A DNA stretch of 64,000 nucleotides, from assembly GCA_965222615.1 (NCBI GenBank), contig CBDCUI010000007.1, forward strand, positions 256,001 through 320,000, written 5' to 3'. Below, one piece after another: positions 29,789 through 39,706 of this stretch. Numbering within the stretch: the stretch's first letter is position 1; every line of letters begins with the position of its first letter. This stretch comes from Gammaproteobacteria bacterium. GTDB taxonomy: Bacteria > Pseudomonadota > Gammaproteobacteria > UBA4575. Below the pieces are notes generated by a model that saw nothing but the letters and a program-made list of their open reading frames with translations, was not told the DNA's origin and did not search any database. The position numbers were made by a program, and so were the translations under genes.

Positions 29789-30406
29789 TCAACTGTGAGC
29801 ACCCAGCATTATTTTGACTAGTTCAGCTACAGATTTTGCACCAAGTTTTTCCATAGCATGAGAGCGATGAATTTCTACTGTGCGATTGCTAATATCAAGC
29901 TCACGAGCAATAGTCTTATTTACTTTTCCCTCTAGCACTTTATCAACAACTTCACGCTCTCGTGTAGTTAATGAATTTACACGTTCTTGTAAAGTATGTT
30001 GAGCTTTAAGTTGTTTTCGATTTGAATTATCTTGCTCAAGTGCTTTTGTTATGCAATCTAATAGTTCTTGATCTCGAAATGGTTTCTGCAAAAACTCATG
30101 GGCACCATCTTTCATTGCTTGCACAGCCATAGTTATGTCACCATGGCCAGTCATGATTATTAATGGTTGAGTTACACCTAGTTCGTTTAATCTATGTTGC
30201 AACTCTATGCCACTCATGCCTGGCATACGCACATCTGCAAGCACACAGCCTGATTGCTTAGAATCAAATTCGTCTAGGAATTTACTTGCAGACTCAAATG
30301 CTTTAGCTTGCAACCCGATAGATTCAAGCAATTCAACTAAGCTGTCACGTACGTCTGCATCATCATCGACAATATATACAGTTTGTTGTTCTTCACTCAT
30401 GTTCAT
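29789..30406 (-). CDS. fixJ: FixJ-type response regulator
   Basis: VYIVDDD, DVRMPGMSG, TGHGD, LuxR HTH RTVEIHRSHAMEKL. Confidence 0.9.
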   Translation of the reverse strand: MNMSEEQQTVYIVDDDADVRDSLVELLESIGLQAKAFESASKFLDEFDSKQSGCVLADVRMPGMSGIELQHRLNELGVTQPLIIMTGHGDITMAVQAMKDGAHEFLQKPFRDQELLDCITKALEQDNSNRKQLKAQHTLQERVNSLTTREREVVDKVLEGKVNKTIARELDISNRTVEIHRSHAMEKLGAKSVAELVKIMLGAHS

Positions 30407-32324
30407 CTAATGCGGTAGGCAAAGTAAAATGAAATGTAGTACCCTTATCTGAATTACGTGTAAACCACAAGCGTCCACCATGTGTTTGTATAATAGAGTG
30501 GCAAATGGCTAGGCCCATACCCATACCTGTTTGCTTAGTCGTATAAAAAGGATTAAACAACTGTTCTGCAGCTTCATCGCTAATACCACAGCCATAATCT
30601 CTTATCGATACTTCTATTCGATTTTCATCAGCCAATAATGCAGAACTAATCATAATTTGCTTATACTTTTCAGTTTCATTTGCCGCGGCATCCATGGCAT
30701 TACGAATTAGATTTAAGATAACTTGTTGAATCTGAATAGAGTCCGCCATAGCACTAGGTAAGTTATTATCAAGTTGTAATTTTATTGTGAATTCAACTGC
30801 CTGCGTATCTGCTTGTGACATTTTTACGGCATCCTCTATTAGGTTATTAATATTAAAATAGTTATGCGGCTTAGTTTCACGCTTTACCATAGAACGCAGT
30901 CGAGAAATGACGCCCCCAGCTCGCAATGAAGCCTTAGATATCTTCTCCAGCAATTCTTGCAACTTTTGAAAATCTACTCCATCGGCACTAATCCTACGTT
31001 GTGCGGCCTGGGCATAGGAGTCAATTGCAGTGAGCGGTTGATTGATTTCATGAGCAATACCCGCAGCCATTTCACCCATCATGACCACACGATCCATATG
31101 CGCAAGTTGTTCTTGTTGGACTTTAGCCTTTTCTTCTGCTGCAATTTGTTCAGTAATATCTAAGACATGTGAAATTAGTAGCGCAGGCCGGCCATACTCA
31201 TCATGTGCTAAAGTAATATTCTCGTGCACCATCGCAACATTCAAAATAACATTGATAACTTTTTTATCTTTACGGATATAACGCTTATCTAAGCTATAGC
31301 CCGAAAAATCCCCTTTAAGAAGCTTATTTAAATATTTGCTACTGATTTCTATATCATCAGGATGAGTAATATCTTTATAAGACAATTGCAATAACTCTGG
31401 TTTCGAATACCCTAAAATATCACATAAGGATGGATTTACATTTGTATAATTTCCATCTAGATCTAACACAGCAATTCCTGTGGGTGCATTTTCAAAAATT
31501 AACTTGAATTCTTCTTTTCGTAAACGCAATGATTCTTCGGCTTTTTTTCGCTGTGTAATATCTAAAATTATTGCTACAAAAGCAGGCTTAGATTCATAGT
31601 TCGAAAGCTCAAGATGTACTTCAACAGGATAGTTACTGCCATCTTTACGTTTATGCTTGGTTGTAAATATTATTTTATCTTGTTCGCCTGTTCGCAAAGG
31701 ATGAATGAGTTCTTGGAATTCTTCTAATGAATATTCTGGCTTAATATCTAATGGTGTAAGCTTTATAATTTCATCTCCACTATATTGCAAATTTTCCAAT
31801 GCCCCCTTATTTACACGAACAAAACGTAAAGAATTTGCATCAAAAATATAAATTTCATTAAGTAAGTTCTCTAGAATATGCTCATAACTAGAAGCTTTTT
31901 CTAAATAGTTTTTTTCTAAAGTTAGATCACGAATAAATCCAGTAAAAAATCGTTGCCCACTTTCAAAAAATTCAGCCACAGAAACCCAAATCGGAAACAC
32001 ACTACCATTTTTGCGCTTACCAACTAATTCACGGCCTATTCCTATAATATTGGAGTGCCCGTTTTTTAAGTAATTATCGATATAAGAATCATGTTTTTGT
32101 TGATAAGGCGATGGCATCAGCATGCTAATATTTTTGCCAATTACTTCATTGGCAGCATGAGAAAACATATTTTCTGCTGCTGGATTAAAAGATTGAATGA
32201 TACCCGCAGTATCTATAGTGATAATTCCTTCAACTGCAGTGTCGATAACGGCGCGTAACCGTACTTCAGAATTTGACGGCGACTTTAATTCTGCTGAGGT
32301 GTCTTCAATGCTCTGTTGTTCCAT
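30393..32324 (-). CDS. fixL: FixL-type heme-PAS sensor kinase with three PAS domains
   Basis: HDSYIDNY...IIGIGRE heme-PAS; MAAGIAHEINQPL; GMGMGLAIC. Confidence 0.88.
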   Translation of the reverse strand: MEQQSIEDTSAELKSPSNSEVRLRAVIDTAVEGIITIDTAGIIQSFNPAAENMFSHAANEVIGKNISMLMPSPYQQKHDSYIDNYLKNGHSNIIGIGRELVGKRKNGSVFPIWVSVAEFFESGQRFFTGFIRDLTLEKNYLEKASSYEHILENLLNEIYIFDANSLRFVRVNKGALENLQYSGDEIIKLTPLDIKPEYSLEEFQELIHPLRTGEQDKIIFTTKHKRKDGSNYPVEVHLELSNYESKPAFVAIILDITQRKKAEESLRLRKEEFKLIFENAPTGIAVLDLDGNYTNVNPSLCDILGYSKPELLQLSYKDITHPDDIEISSKYLNKLLKGDFSGYSLDKRYIRKDKKVINVILNVAMVHENITLAHDEYGRPALLISHVLDITEQIAAEEKAKVQQEQLAHMDRVVMMGEMAAGIAHEINQPLTAIDSYAQAAQRRISADGVDFQKLQELLEKISKASLRAGGVISRLRSMVKRETKPHNYFNINNLIEDAVKMSQADTQAVEFTIKLQLDNNLPSAMADSIQIQQVILNLIRNAMDAAANETEKYKQIMISSALLADENRIEVSIRDYGCGISDEAAEQLFNPFYTTKQTGMGMGLAICHSIIQTHGGRLWFTRNSDKGTTFHFTLPTALDEHE

Positions 32325-32683
32325 CCTATTAAGTAGCTCGATTATTATAATTAGCTAGAAATACTTAAATTTAGTTGAAGTGCTGCTCACACAATCAAAT
32401 ACTAAACTAGAAAAATTTAGTTGATTCTTGCAAGTGGCATACCATCATAATCGAGCATAATAATATTTTCACATATATATTTTCCCATTTTTTTTCAACT
32501 AGTTAACTCATCTATCCCTAAATTGCTTGGTAACCATATACCAACTTATATAGGTAATTTCCGCAATCACACTACGCGTACACCCGAATATTTTATCTAG
32601 GCTGATATGTGTTTAATGGTTTTTGAATGAACATCAGGAATTAAAAAACAGGATTATTAAGTACAAACATTAATAGGCATGCC

Positions 32684-33445
32684 TTGGGAGAGAAGACTAT
32701 GCAAACAGCAACTGGCATATCCATACAAGATACTAATTCGATACCACAAACTTTTTCAAATAATGAATGCCACAATTGTAGTCGACAGAAAATCTGCCTT
32801 GCACAGTTACTGGATGAAAACGAACTCGCCGCATTTAATACAATAGTAAAGCACTCAAAAAAACTTAATCGAGGTGATTTTCTCTATCGAGCAGGTGATG
32901 AGTTTAGTTCAATTTATACAATTCGTAGTGGCTCAATAAAGACCTTTATTGATGATGAAGAGGGTCGTGAACAAATCTTAGGCTTTTCCATTCAAGGCGA
33001 TATTCTTGCGCTAGATGGTGCAAATTTAAATACCTATCCAACCTCAGCTCAAGCGCTAGAAACTACCTATGTTTGTGAAATTCCATTTGGACGCTATATG
33101 GAGCTTGCCGTACAGATCCCCGTTCTGTATCAGCAATTATTAACACAAATGAGTCATCAAATCCGTGAAGATGAAGAGCATGCATTACTACTTGGCACAA
33201 AAAGTGCTGAACAGCGTTTAGCAACATTACTAATTAATTTCTCTAATCGATATTCAAAAAAAGGATTTTCTAAAAGCGAATTCTACCTACACATGTCACG
33301 GCGAGATATTGGCAATTATTTATCAGCTGCGATGGAGACTATAAGCCGTTTATTTTCACGTTTACAAGCTAATGGGCTTATCGAAGTACGTGGCAAGTTT
33401 ATAAAAATTATAGACTTAGAAGAATTACAAAAATTTACGGCATAA
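32684..33445 (+). CDS. FNR-type regulator (copy 2), divergent from fixL
   Basis: CHNCSRQKIC + YVCE; DIGNYLSAAMETISR. Start probably ATG 32699. Confidence 0.88.
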   Translation: MGEKTMQTATGISIQDTNSIPQTFSNNECHNCSRQKICLAQLLDENELAAFNTIVKHSKKLNRGDFLYRAGDEFSSIYTIRSGSIKTFIDDEEGREQILGFSIQGDILALDGANLNTYPTSAQALETTYVCEIPFGRYMELAVQIPVLYQQLLTQMSHQIREDEEHALLLGTKSAEQRLATLLINFSNRYSKKGFSKSEFYLHMSRRDIGNYLSAAMETISRLFSRLQANGLIEVRGKFIKIIDLEELQKFTA

Positions 33446-33559
33446 ATTCCATACACAATTATTTAGAAATGGAAACTAAACAATGTCACAACCAAAATTT
33501 TCTATTCGTATGATAAGTATATGGCTTAATACATTTGCTCATTACACACATTAAATCGG

Positions 33560-33573
33560 TTGACATAGATCAA
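33560..33573. promoter_or_regulatory. FNR box
   Basis: TTGAC-ATAG-ATCAA (9/10). Confidence 0.8.
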
Positions 33574-33634
33574 TATCTTAAAATGTTCTCAAATATAGTC
33601 TAATTACATATTAGACTTTAATGCACTATAAGTT

Positions 33635-34042
33635 ATGAACAAAATAAATTTATATTTTTTTATTACTCTCACATTATTATCTATAACTACAAATGCATAT
33701 GCAGTAGAAGATGGTGACATTATAGGCAAAAAAGAATTTACTACTTACTGCGCATCCTGTCATGGCAGCAGCGGCAAAGGTGATGGACCTATTGTTCATT
33801 TTCTGAAACGCAAGCCAGCTGACTTAACACAACTCTCAAAAAATAACGGCAATTCTTTTCTTTTTGATCGCATTTATGGTGTGTTTGATGGCTCTTATGT
33901 ATTTGCTAAACACGGATCAAGTGAAATGCCTATTTGGGGTTATCGTTTTATACGTGAAGCACAAAAAGAAAATGAGCCCAGTATTTCTGCGAAAGCTAAG
34001 GCCTTAGACATAATTTTATATCTACAAGTCATCCAGGAGTAA
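33635..34042 (+). CDS. Monoheme c-type cytochrome (paralog 2)
   Basis: Signal peptide, CASCH, KPADLT, HG--EMPIWG. Confidence 0.85.
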   Translation: MNKINLYFFITLTLLSITTNAYAVEDGDIIGKKEFTTYCASCHGSSGKGDGPIVHFLKRKPADLTQLSKNNGNSFLFDRIYGVFDGSYVFAKHGSSEMPIWGYRFIREAQKENEPSISAKAKALDIILYLQVIQE

Positions 34043-34044
34043 TC

Positions 34045-34464
34045 ATGAAATACACTACTCAATTAACAATTTTTGTTTGTTTGTTAATTTATTCAATGCC
34101 TACATATTCAAGCGAATCTTCGCAACAAGATCCTGTCTATGGAGGTGTAGAGTTTGAGCGCTCTTGCGCAATTTGTCACGGCTTTAATGGCAAAGGCAAT
34201 GGAGTCATGTCTGACTCTTTAACAAAAAAACCTGCTGATCTTACCGTGCTGTCAAAAAATAATAATGGGCACTTCCCATTTACTAAGGTGTATCAAATAA
34301 TTGAAGGCTCCCCAAGAGTTGGTGTTCACGGTAGTCGGGACATGCCAGTCTGGGGCGATCGCTATCGCAAAGAAGCTGAAAAATACGAAGCCGATGAATA
34401 TCTATATTCAAGAGGTTTGATCCTTGAACTCATGGTCTATCTTATGTACATCCAAGAGGATTAA
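34045..34464 (+). CDS. Monoheme c-type cytochrome (paralog 3)
   Basis: Signal peptide, CAICH, KPADLT, HG--DMPVWG. Confidence 0.85.
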   Translation: MKYTTQLTIFVCLLIYSMPTYSSESSQQDPVYGGVEFERSCAICHGFNGKGNGVMSDSLTKKPADLTVLSKNNNGHFPFTKVYQIIEGSPRVGVHGSRDMPVWGDRYRKEAEKYEADEYLYSRGLILELMVYLMYIQED

Positions 34465-34498
34465 TTCCATTATCAATTCAAGTAAAAAGGTTATTAAC

Positions 34499-34732
34499 AT
34501 GTCTAATTCAACTGTAAAACAAGAGTTGTTAAATAAGCAGCAAGAATTAATCGAACGCATTACAGCCATAAAAAAAGACTTTGAAAAAGGACTTGATCCT
34601 GATTTGGAAGAACAGGCACTACAGTTAGAAAACTATGAAGTTTTGCAACGATTACTTGAACAAGCGGAAACGGAGCTAGTAAAAATTGAACAACAATTAC
34701 AAAAAATGAATCAAATAGCTAGCCCTAGCTAA
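34499..34732 (+). CDS. DksA/TraR-like coiled-coil protein without zinc finger
   Basis: AAGG RBS; helix-DPDLEEQALQLENYEVL-helix; no Cys. Confidence 0.6.
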   Translation: MSNSTVKQELLNKQQELIERITAIKKDFEKGLDPDLEEQALQLENYEVLQRLLEQAETELVKIEQQLQKMNQIASPS

Positions 34733-34748
34733 ATATCACTTTATAAAT

Positions 34749-35201
34749 TTATGTTTTGCGTACTGCTAGTACGTCGCAAGTTGCATTATTAAGAACTGAT
34801 TGAGCAGTCGAGCCAATTAATTTTTTAATTCCATGTACACCATGCGCCCCTACAACAATCAAATCAACTTTTTTCACTGTGGCCGTGGAAAGTATTGAAA
34901 ATCTAGGCACACCAACTTCAGCCAAATAATTGACTTTTCCCAAACTATATTTTTTTGCTTCTTTTTCGAGAGTTTTTTCAGCATTTGTTTTAAGTTTAAT
35001 CTCCTCTAAAGACCACTCTCTATTATAACTTATGGCCTCGTTCTGAGAGGCGCCCATAAGAGAAGGCACGTCACGCTCAACCACGTGAAATAAGGTAATA
35101 TTTGTATCTGAGTCTTTCTGTATAGTCTCAAGTTTTTTTAATATAACATCAGTTAGCTCTGAGTAATCGACAGCAACTAATACATTCTTGTAAGGAAACA
35201 T
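34749..35201 (-). CDS. Universal stress protein (single domain)
   Basis: YKNVLVAVDYS, DLIVVGAHG, IGSTAQSVL, CDVLAV. Confidence 0.9.
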   Translation of the reverse strand: MFPYKNVLVAVDYSELTDVILKKLETIQKDSDTNITLFHVVERDVPSLMGASQNEAISYNREWSLEEIKLKTNAEKTLEKEAKKYSLGKVNYLAEVGVPRFSILSTATVKKVDLIVVGAHGVHGIKKLIGSTAQSVLNNATCDVLAVRKT

Positions 35202-35203
35202 CT

Positions 35204-35467
35204 TTAATACTCCTCGTCACGTAACTTTTGTATTTCCTCTAGTAACTGCAGTGCAAGTGCCGTTCCCGGGATATTAATGTTTAGCTCTTTTCGAAATCTT
35301 GATGCTCGCCCAATTCGTTCATAATCGTTTTGAGTAAATAGCCATTTTTCTGGATTTTCTCCAAATGGCTCAGCAATACCCCATGACACCATTTCATTAA
35401 TTACCTCTTGATTTAACTGGTACGTGTGACAGATTGCATGAGTTGTATAGACAATATTTTCGTTCAC
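35204..35467 (-). CDS. cbpM: Chaperone modulator CbpM-like protein
   Basis: EMVSWGIAEP...W-F...RFRKELNINIPGTALALQLLEEI. Confidence 0.75.
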   Translation of the reverse strand: MNENIVYTTHAICHTYQLNQEVINEMVSWGIAEPFGENPEKWLFTQNDYERIGRASRFRKELNINIPGTALALQLLEEIQKLRDEEY

Positions 35468-35547
35468 ATATTACTCCCTACTCTCAGTTTCACTTGAGGC
35501 CGCGCAAATATTCAATTCTCAATATATTGATTGTGCAAAATACAATG

Positions 35548-35561
35548 TTGATGTATGTCAA
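35548..35561. promoter_or_regulatory. FNR box
   Basis: TTGAT-GTAT-GTCAA (9/10) upstream of cbpM-usp. Confidence 0.8.
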
Positions 35562-35814
35562 AAGGGGATAGCATTAAAATAAATGAGCTAAGTTATGTAA
35601 TTGATCGTCCTAAATTTTGCATAAAAAAACGTAAGTTAAATGCTTAAAAAACTTACAAGCTATACTTGGCAGGATAAATGATAGCTATAACGCCGAGAAA
35701 ACCATTGCAGGAATGGACACTACAAGAGTTAGTAGTACTGTTAAAGCATACATCAAGTAATAAACCCTCGTGCGTCGACAACACTACTAAAAATTTTTGC
35801 TTAATTACTATTAT

Positions 35815-35828
35815 TTGATCTTAATCAA
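35815..35828. promoter_or_regulatory. FNR box
   Basis: Perfect TTGAT-CTTA-ATCAA upstream of hsp20. Confidence 0.85.
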
Positions 35829-35904
35829 TGCTGTATAAGCCACATATCTCATAATATTTACTACTAATTATTCAATATAGTAAATGTTATGTGGAGGAAT
35901 TAAG

Positions 35905-36345
35905 ATGAAATTAGTACCTAGAGATCCTTTTTTTAACTATCTTCCTCATTTAAAAGACATTAATCGATTTTTTAACCTTGAGTTAGACGACGAGGATAGC
36001 ACCATCGCCACCAGTGCTTGGACACCAGCTGTCGACATTGCGGAAAAGAATGATCATTTTCTTATTGAGGCAGATGTCCCCGGAGTTGACCCTAAAGACA
36101 TTGAAGTAAGTATGGAGAACGGTGTTTTAACTCTAAAAGGTGAACGTGAAAGTGAAGTAAAAGAGGAAAAAGAAGGCTATACGCGTGTTGAACGATCACA
36201 TGGCAGTTTTTACCGACGCTTTAGTCTTCCTGAATCTGCTGATCCTGAGAATATTTCTGCAAAATCCAGTAAAGGTGTATTACAAATATCAGTAGGTAAA
36301 AAAGAAACAGCCAAACCGAAAAAAATTACTGTCAAAGTTCAATAA
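35905..36345 (+). CDS. Hsp20/alpha-crystallin small heat-shock protein
   Basis: WTPAVDI, DVPGVD, ERSHGSFYRRFSLP, GVLQI; GGAGG RBS. Confidence 0.93.
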   Translation: MKLVPRDPFFNYLPHLKDINRFFNLELDDEDSTIATSAWTPAVDIAEKNDHFLIEADVPGVDPKDIEVSMENGVLTLKGERESEVKEEKEGYTRVERSHGSFYRRFSLPESADPENISAKSSKGVLQISVGKKETAKPKKITVKVQ

Positions 36346-36353
36346 TCTCCCCC

Positions 36354-36414
36354 ACTTCCTCGAGGTGGTTATTAGTTTTTACTAACTAATCATACGACCT
36401 TGGGGAAGTATTTT
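36354..36414 (+). terminator. Long hairpin after hsp20, possible terminator
   Basis: ACTTCCTCGAGGT...ACCTTGGGGAAGT pair (with G-U), followed by ATTTT. Confidence 0.45.
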
Positions 36415-36458
36415 AACGCAATCCCAAAAATTTTTTGCGCACTTTATATAAGTCTATT

Positions 36459-36472
36459 CTGACTTATATCAA
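36459..36472. promoter_or_regulatory. FNR box
   Basis: CTGAC-TTAT-ATCAA (8/10) upstream of usp. Confidence 0.65.
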
Positions 36473-36584
36473 TGATGCTACCAAAGTATTTTATATAGTG
36501 AATTCTAAAATATATAAACAGTCACAAATGGCTACTTTTTATGAATTAGTAGCATAAAGATTTTAGGTATATAGGAGAGGTATT

Positions 36585-37424
36585 ATGCCCATAAAAGACA
36601 TCATGGTTCTATGCGATGCAGGAGAAGCAAATGATTACCGGGTTGAAACAGTTTTATTGTTAGCTAAAGTATATGAAGCACATGTAACTGGAATTCATTT
36701 AGTCCCATACCCAGTTATACCTGTATATGGTGGAGCGTTTCCAGAGGCTATTCCATATACTTCATCCGAGCAGTTAGATAAAGCCTCTAATATCGCACAA
36801 AAACTTGAAGAAAATTTTAAGAATAAAGCAGCTGAATTAGAGATCCCCTGCGAATGGAAAATCATAGATGGAGTTGATGTACGTTATATTATTGATAATG
36901 CACGCTATACAGATCTCGTTGTGGTACCTCAAGGATATTCTAGATATGGTGAAGATAATACGCAGAAAATTGATGACTACTTATCAATACATTTAGGCCG
37001 TCCTCTTATGGTTATTCCAGATTTAAAGAAGGTTTTTAATCTTCCTCAACAAATTATCATTGCATGGAACGAGAGCCATGAAGCCGCAAGAGCAGTTCAT
37101 GATGCTTTACCATTTTTACAATTTGCTGAACGTATACAAGTAGTAAGCGTTTCAGCAAGTTCGAAAGAAGAAAAAGCGTATATGATATATTGTGATGACT
37201 TACGCAAACACTTATCTCGTCATGGAATAAAGGTAGAAGTAGCATCCTTAGAAAAAACTTCCAAAGGCACCGGTGGCGTAATATTGGAAAGTGCCTTGGA
37301 ATACGATGCCGATTTAATCGTAATGGGAGCATATGGACATTCACGGTTAAAAGAAATCATATTAGGAGGAACTACCAGTTACTTACTTAAACATACGACT
37401 ATTCCTTTACTTCTTTCTCACTAA
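36585..37424 (+). CDS. Tandem-domain universal stress protein
   Basis: AWNESHEAARAVHDALP, ADLIVMGAYGHSRLKEIILGGTT. Confidence 0.92.
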   Translation: MPIKDIMVLCDAGEANDYRVETVLLLAKVYEAHVTGIHLVPYPVIPVYGGAFPEAIPYTSSEQLDKASNIAQKLEENFKNKAAELEIPCEWKIIDGVDVRYIIDNARYTDLVVVPQGYSRYGEDNTQKIDDYLSIHLGRPLMVIPDLKKVFNLPQQIIIAWNESHEAARAVHDALPFLQFAERIQVVSVSASSKEEKAYMIYCDDLRKHLSRHGIKVEVASLEKTSKGTGGVILESALEYDADLIVMGAYGHSRLKEIILGGTTSYLLKHTTIPLLLSH

Positions 37425-37496
37425 AGATTGCTATATTAGGCAATACTATATTTCACTATATGTAAGTATGGTGAAATCAGCTGCTTTGCTTATCAT

Positions 37497-38690
37497 ATGT
37501 CTGATACTTCGCTAGCTAGAAGGATATCGCTGCCGTTACTAACATTTTATGGCTTAGGCACCATTCTGGGTGCAGGCATTTATGTCTTAATTGGTGAAGC
37601 AACCTTGCGAGCGGGTCACTACACTCCCATTGCATTTATAGTCGCAGCATGTATTGCAGCAGTCACTGCCTATTCGTTTGCACGTCTGTCCGCACAATTT
37701 CCTAAAAGCGCCGGTGAAGCGGCCTATGCAAATGCAGCATTCAAATCCCGCTATGTTACAGTTTTAGTAGGCCTAGCAGTTGTATTAATTGGGACGGTTT
37801 CAGCAGCAACTATGATAAAAGGCTTTGCAGGTTATTTTATTGCGCTCATTCAATTACCGGAATTAATTGTAATACTGAGTTTTATTTTATTAATTACGGC
37901 TTTTTCAGTATGGGGAATCAGTCAATCTCTAATTGTTGCTACAACTATCACTATTATAGAAATTTTTGGATTGCTCTTTGTAATTTATGCAGTATTTGAT
38001 TTACAAGAGTTAAAAAATTATAGCTTACCCACAGTCACATCTATTAACTCAAGTAGCACAGCCATATTCTTCGCAGCATTTATTTCATTTTATGCCTATA
38101 TAGGTTTTGAAGATATTGTGAATATTGCAGAAGAAACGATTAATCCAACAAAAGTTGTTCCCTTAGCGATTAGTTTATCGCTTATTCTCTCAACTTTACT
38201 TTATGTCGTGTTTTCCATTTCCTGTACTGTTTTTGTACCTTTGTCGGTATTTACTACAAGCGATGCGCCTTTAGTATCAATTATTGAATTTAAAGGTCAT
38301 GACCCAACAATTATGGCAATAATAAGCATGACAGCCATTATTAATGGAGCATTAGTGCAACTCATTATGGCATCGCGTGTTTTATATGGGATGGCTGAAC
38401 AAAATGTTTTTATACGTGTTTTTAAAACAGTAAACAAAAAAACACGAACTCCAATAGTAGCTACCGTTACAGTAGCTTTATTGATGATTATTTTATCCAC
38501 TAGCTTTGATTTAGTAACCCTAGCTGAAATTACTAGTGCAATTACTTTAATTGTCTTTATGATAGTTCAGGCTTCACTGTTATTTTTATCTATGCAAAAA
38601 TCCAGCAAAAAAAGATTAGATATAATACTTCCGGTGATAGGAATTGGATTGAATATAACACTGCTTTTTTTTGGTTTTTTTAAAAAATAA
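37497..38690 (+). CDS. APC family amino acid permease
   Basis: GTILGAGIY, FYAYIGFE, EET-NP, SRVLYGMA. Confidence 0.9.
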   Translation: MSDTSLARRISLPLLTFYGLGTILGAGIYVLIGEATLRAGHYTPIAFIVAACIAAVTAYSFARLSAQFPKSAGEAAYANAAFKSRYVTVLVGLAVVLIGTVSAATMIKGFAGYFIALIQLPELIVILSFILLITAFSVWGISQSLIVATTITIIEIFGLLFVIYAVFDLQELKNYSLPTVTSINSSSTAIFFAAFISFYAYIGFEDIVNIAEETINPTKVVPLAISLSLILSTLLYVVFSISCTVFVPLSVFTTSDAPLVSIIEFKGHDPTIMAIISMTAIINGALVQLIMASRVLYGMAEQNVFIRVFKTVNKKTRTPIVATVTVALLMIILSTSFDLVTLAEITSAITLIVFMIVQASLLFLSMQKSSKKRLDIILPVIGIGLNITLLFFGFFKK

Positions 38691-38743
38691 CAGGCGTTGA
38701 CAAGAATATCTAGTATCTTTATTTTTTTGTATAAGTATTAAGT

Positions 38744-39535
38744 TTATTTGTAACTTCTCAAATATATTACCCAATACACTAAAGCCACAAATAAACTGCC
38801 ACCGACTATATTACCTAGAGTAACAGGGACTAAATTACTTAAAAATTCTATTACGCCAATCCCGCCATTACTTACTAGCATACCTAAAGGAATAAAATAC
38901 ATATTTGCTACAGAGTGCTCAAAACCAAGTGCTACAAAGGCAGAGATTGGAAACACAATTGCTAGGATTTTGCTTACTACAGAATGGGCTGCAAAACATA
39001 ACCAAATTGCAAGACAAACAAGAGCATTACATAAAATACCCCTAATGAATGCTTGCAGTGGATCTAGATTAATTTTATCAAGGGCAATATTAAAAGCGGT
39101 TTCTGCTACTGCACCCTCTCCAAGTGAAAGTGCACCAGACCAAAACATTAACAGTGCCGCACCCACTGCACCAATTAAATTAGCAATATAAACCAGCCCC
39201 CAGTTCCGCAACAATTGAAAGGTAGATACTTTGCGGTCTGCCCATGCCATCACTATGAGGTTGTTGCCAGTGAAGAGTTCTGCTCCTCCCACCACGACCA
39301 ATATCAACCCTAATGAAAATGCCGCACCCCCCAGCAGACGTGACGGACCTAATCCCATATTGTGATCTGTCATAACTAAGGTAAAAAACATTGCGCCAAA
39401 TGCAATGAACGCCCCTGCAAGCAGCCCTAGCGTCAGCGTTGGAATAGTCGGTAGAGCGGCTTTTTGCACACCTACATTTTCAACTAATTCAGCAATTTGA
39501 TCTGGCTTGTAAGCATCAAAATTCTGTTCTAACAA
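38744..39535 (-). CDS. Formate/nitrite transporter (FNT) family
   Basis: GAELFTGN, LCNALVCLAIW, FEHSVANM, GNIVGG. Confidence 0.92.
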   Translation of the reverse strand: MLEQNFDAYKPDQIAELVENVGVQKAALPTIPTLTLGLLAGAFIAFGAMFFTLVMTDHNMGLGPSRLLGGAAFSLGLILVVVGGAELFTGNNLIVMAWADRKVSTFQLLRNWGLVYIANLIGAVGAALLMFWSGALSLGEGAVAETAFNIALDKINLDPLQAFIRGILCNALVCLAIWLCFAAHSVVSKILAIVFPISAFVALGFEHSVANMYFIPLGMLVSNGGIGVIEFLSNLVPVTLGNIVGGSLFVALVYWVIYLRSYK

Positions 39536-39645
39536 AACACACCTCTACTTTTTCCTCTTTAGCCACACAAAACAAATACATCGGCATCGAGATGAACTGC
39601 TGCGCATATTATGCTTAAGGCTAATGATGTTAAAGTAGCTATACA

Positions 39646-39659
39646 TTGATAAGTATCAA
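39646..39659. promoter_or_regulatory. FNR box
   Basis: Perfect TTGAT-AAGT-ATCAA upstream of FNT. Confidence 0.85.
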
Positions 39660-39706
39660 ATGAAAATTAGGTTTGTATATATTTGCTTGGTTATTGTGGG
39701 CATTTG

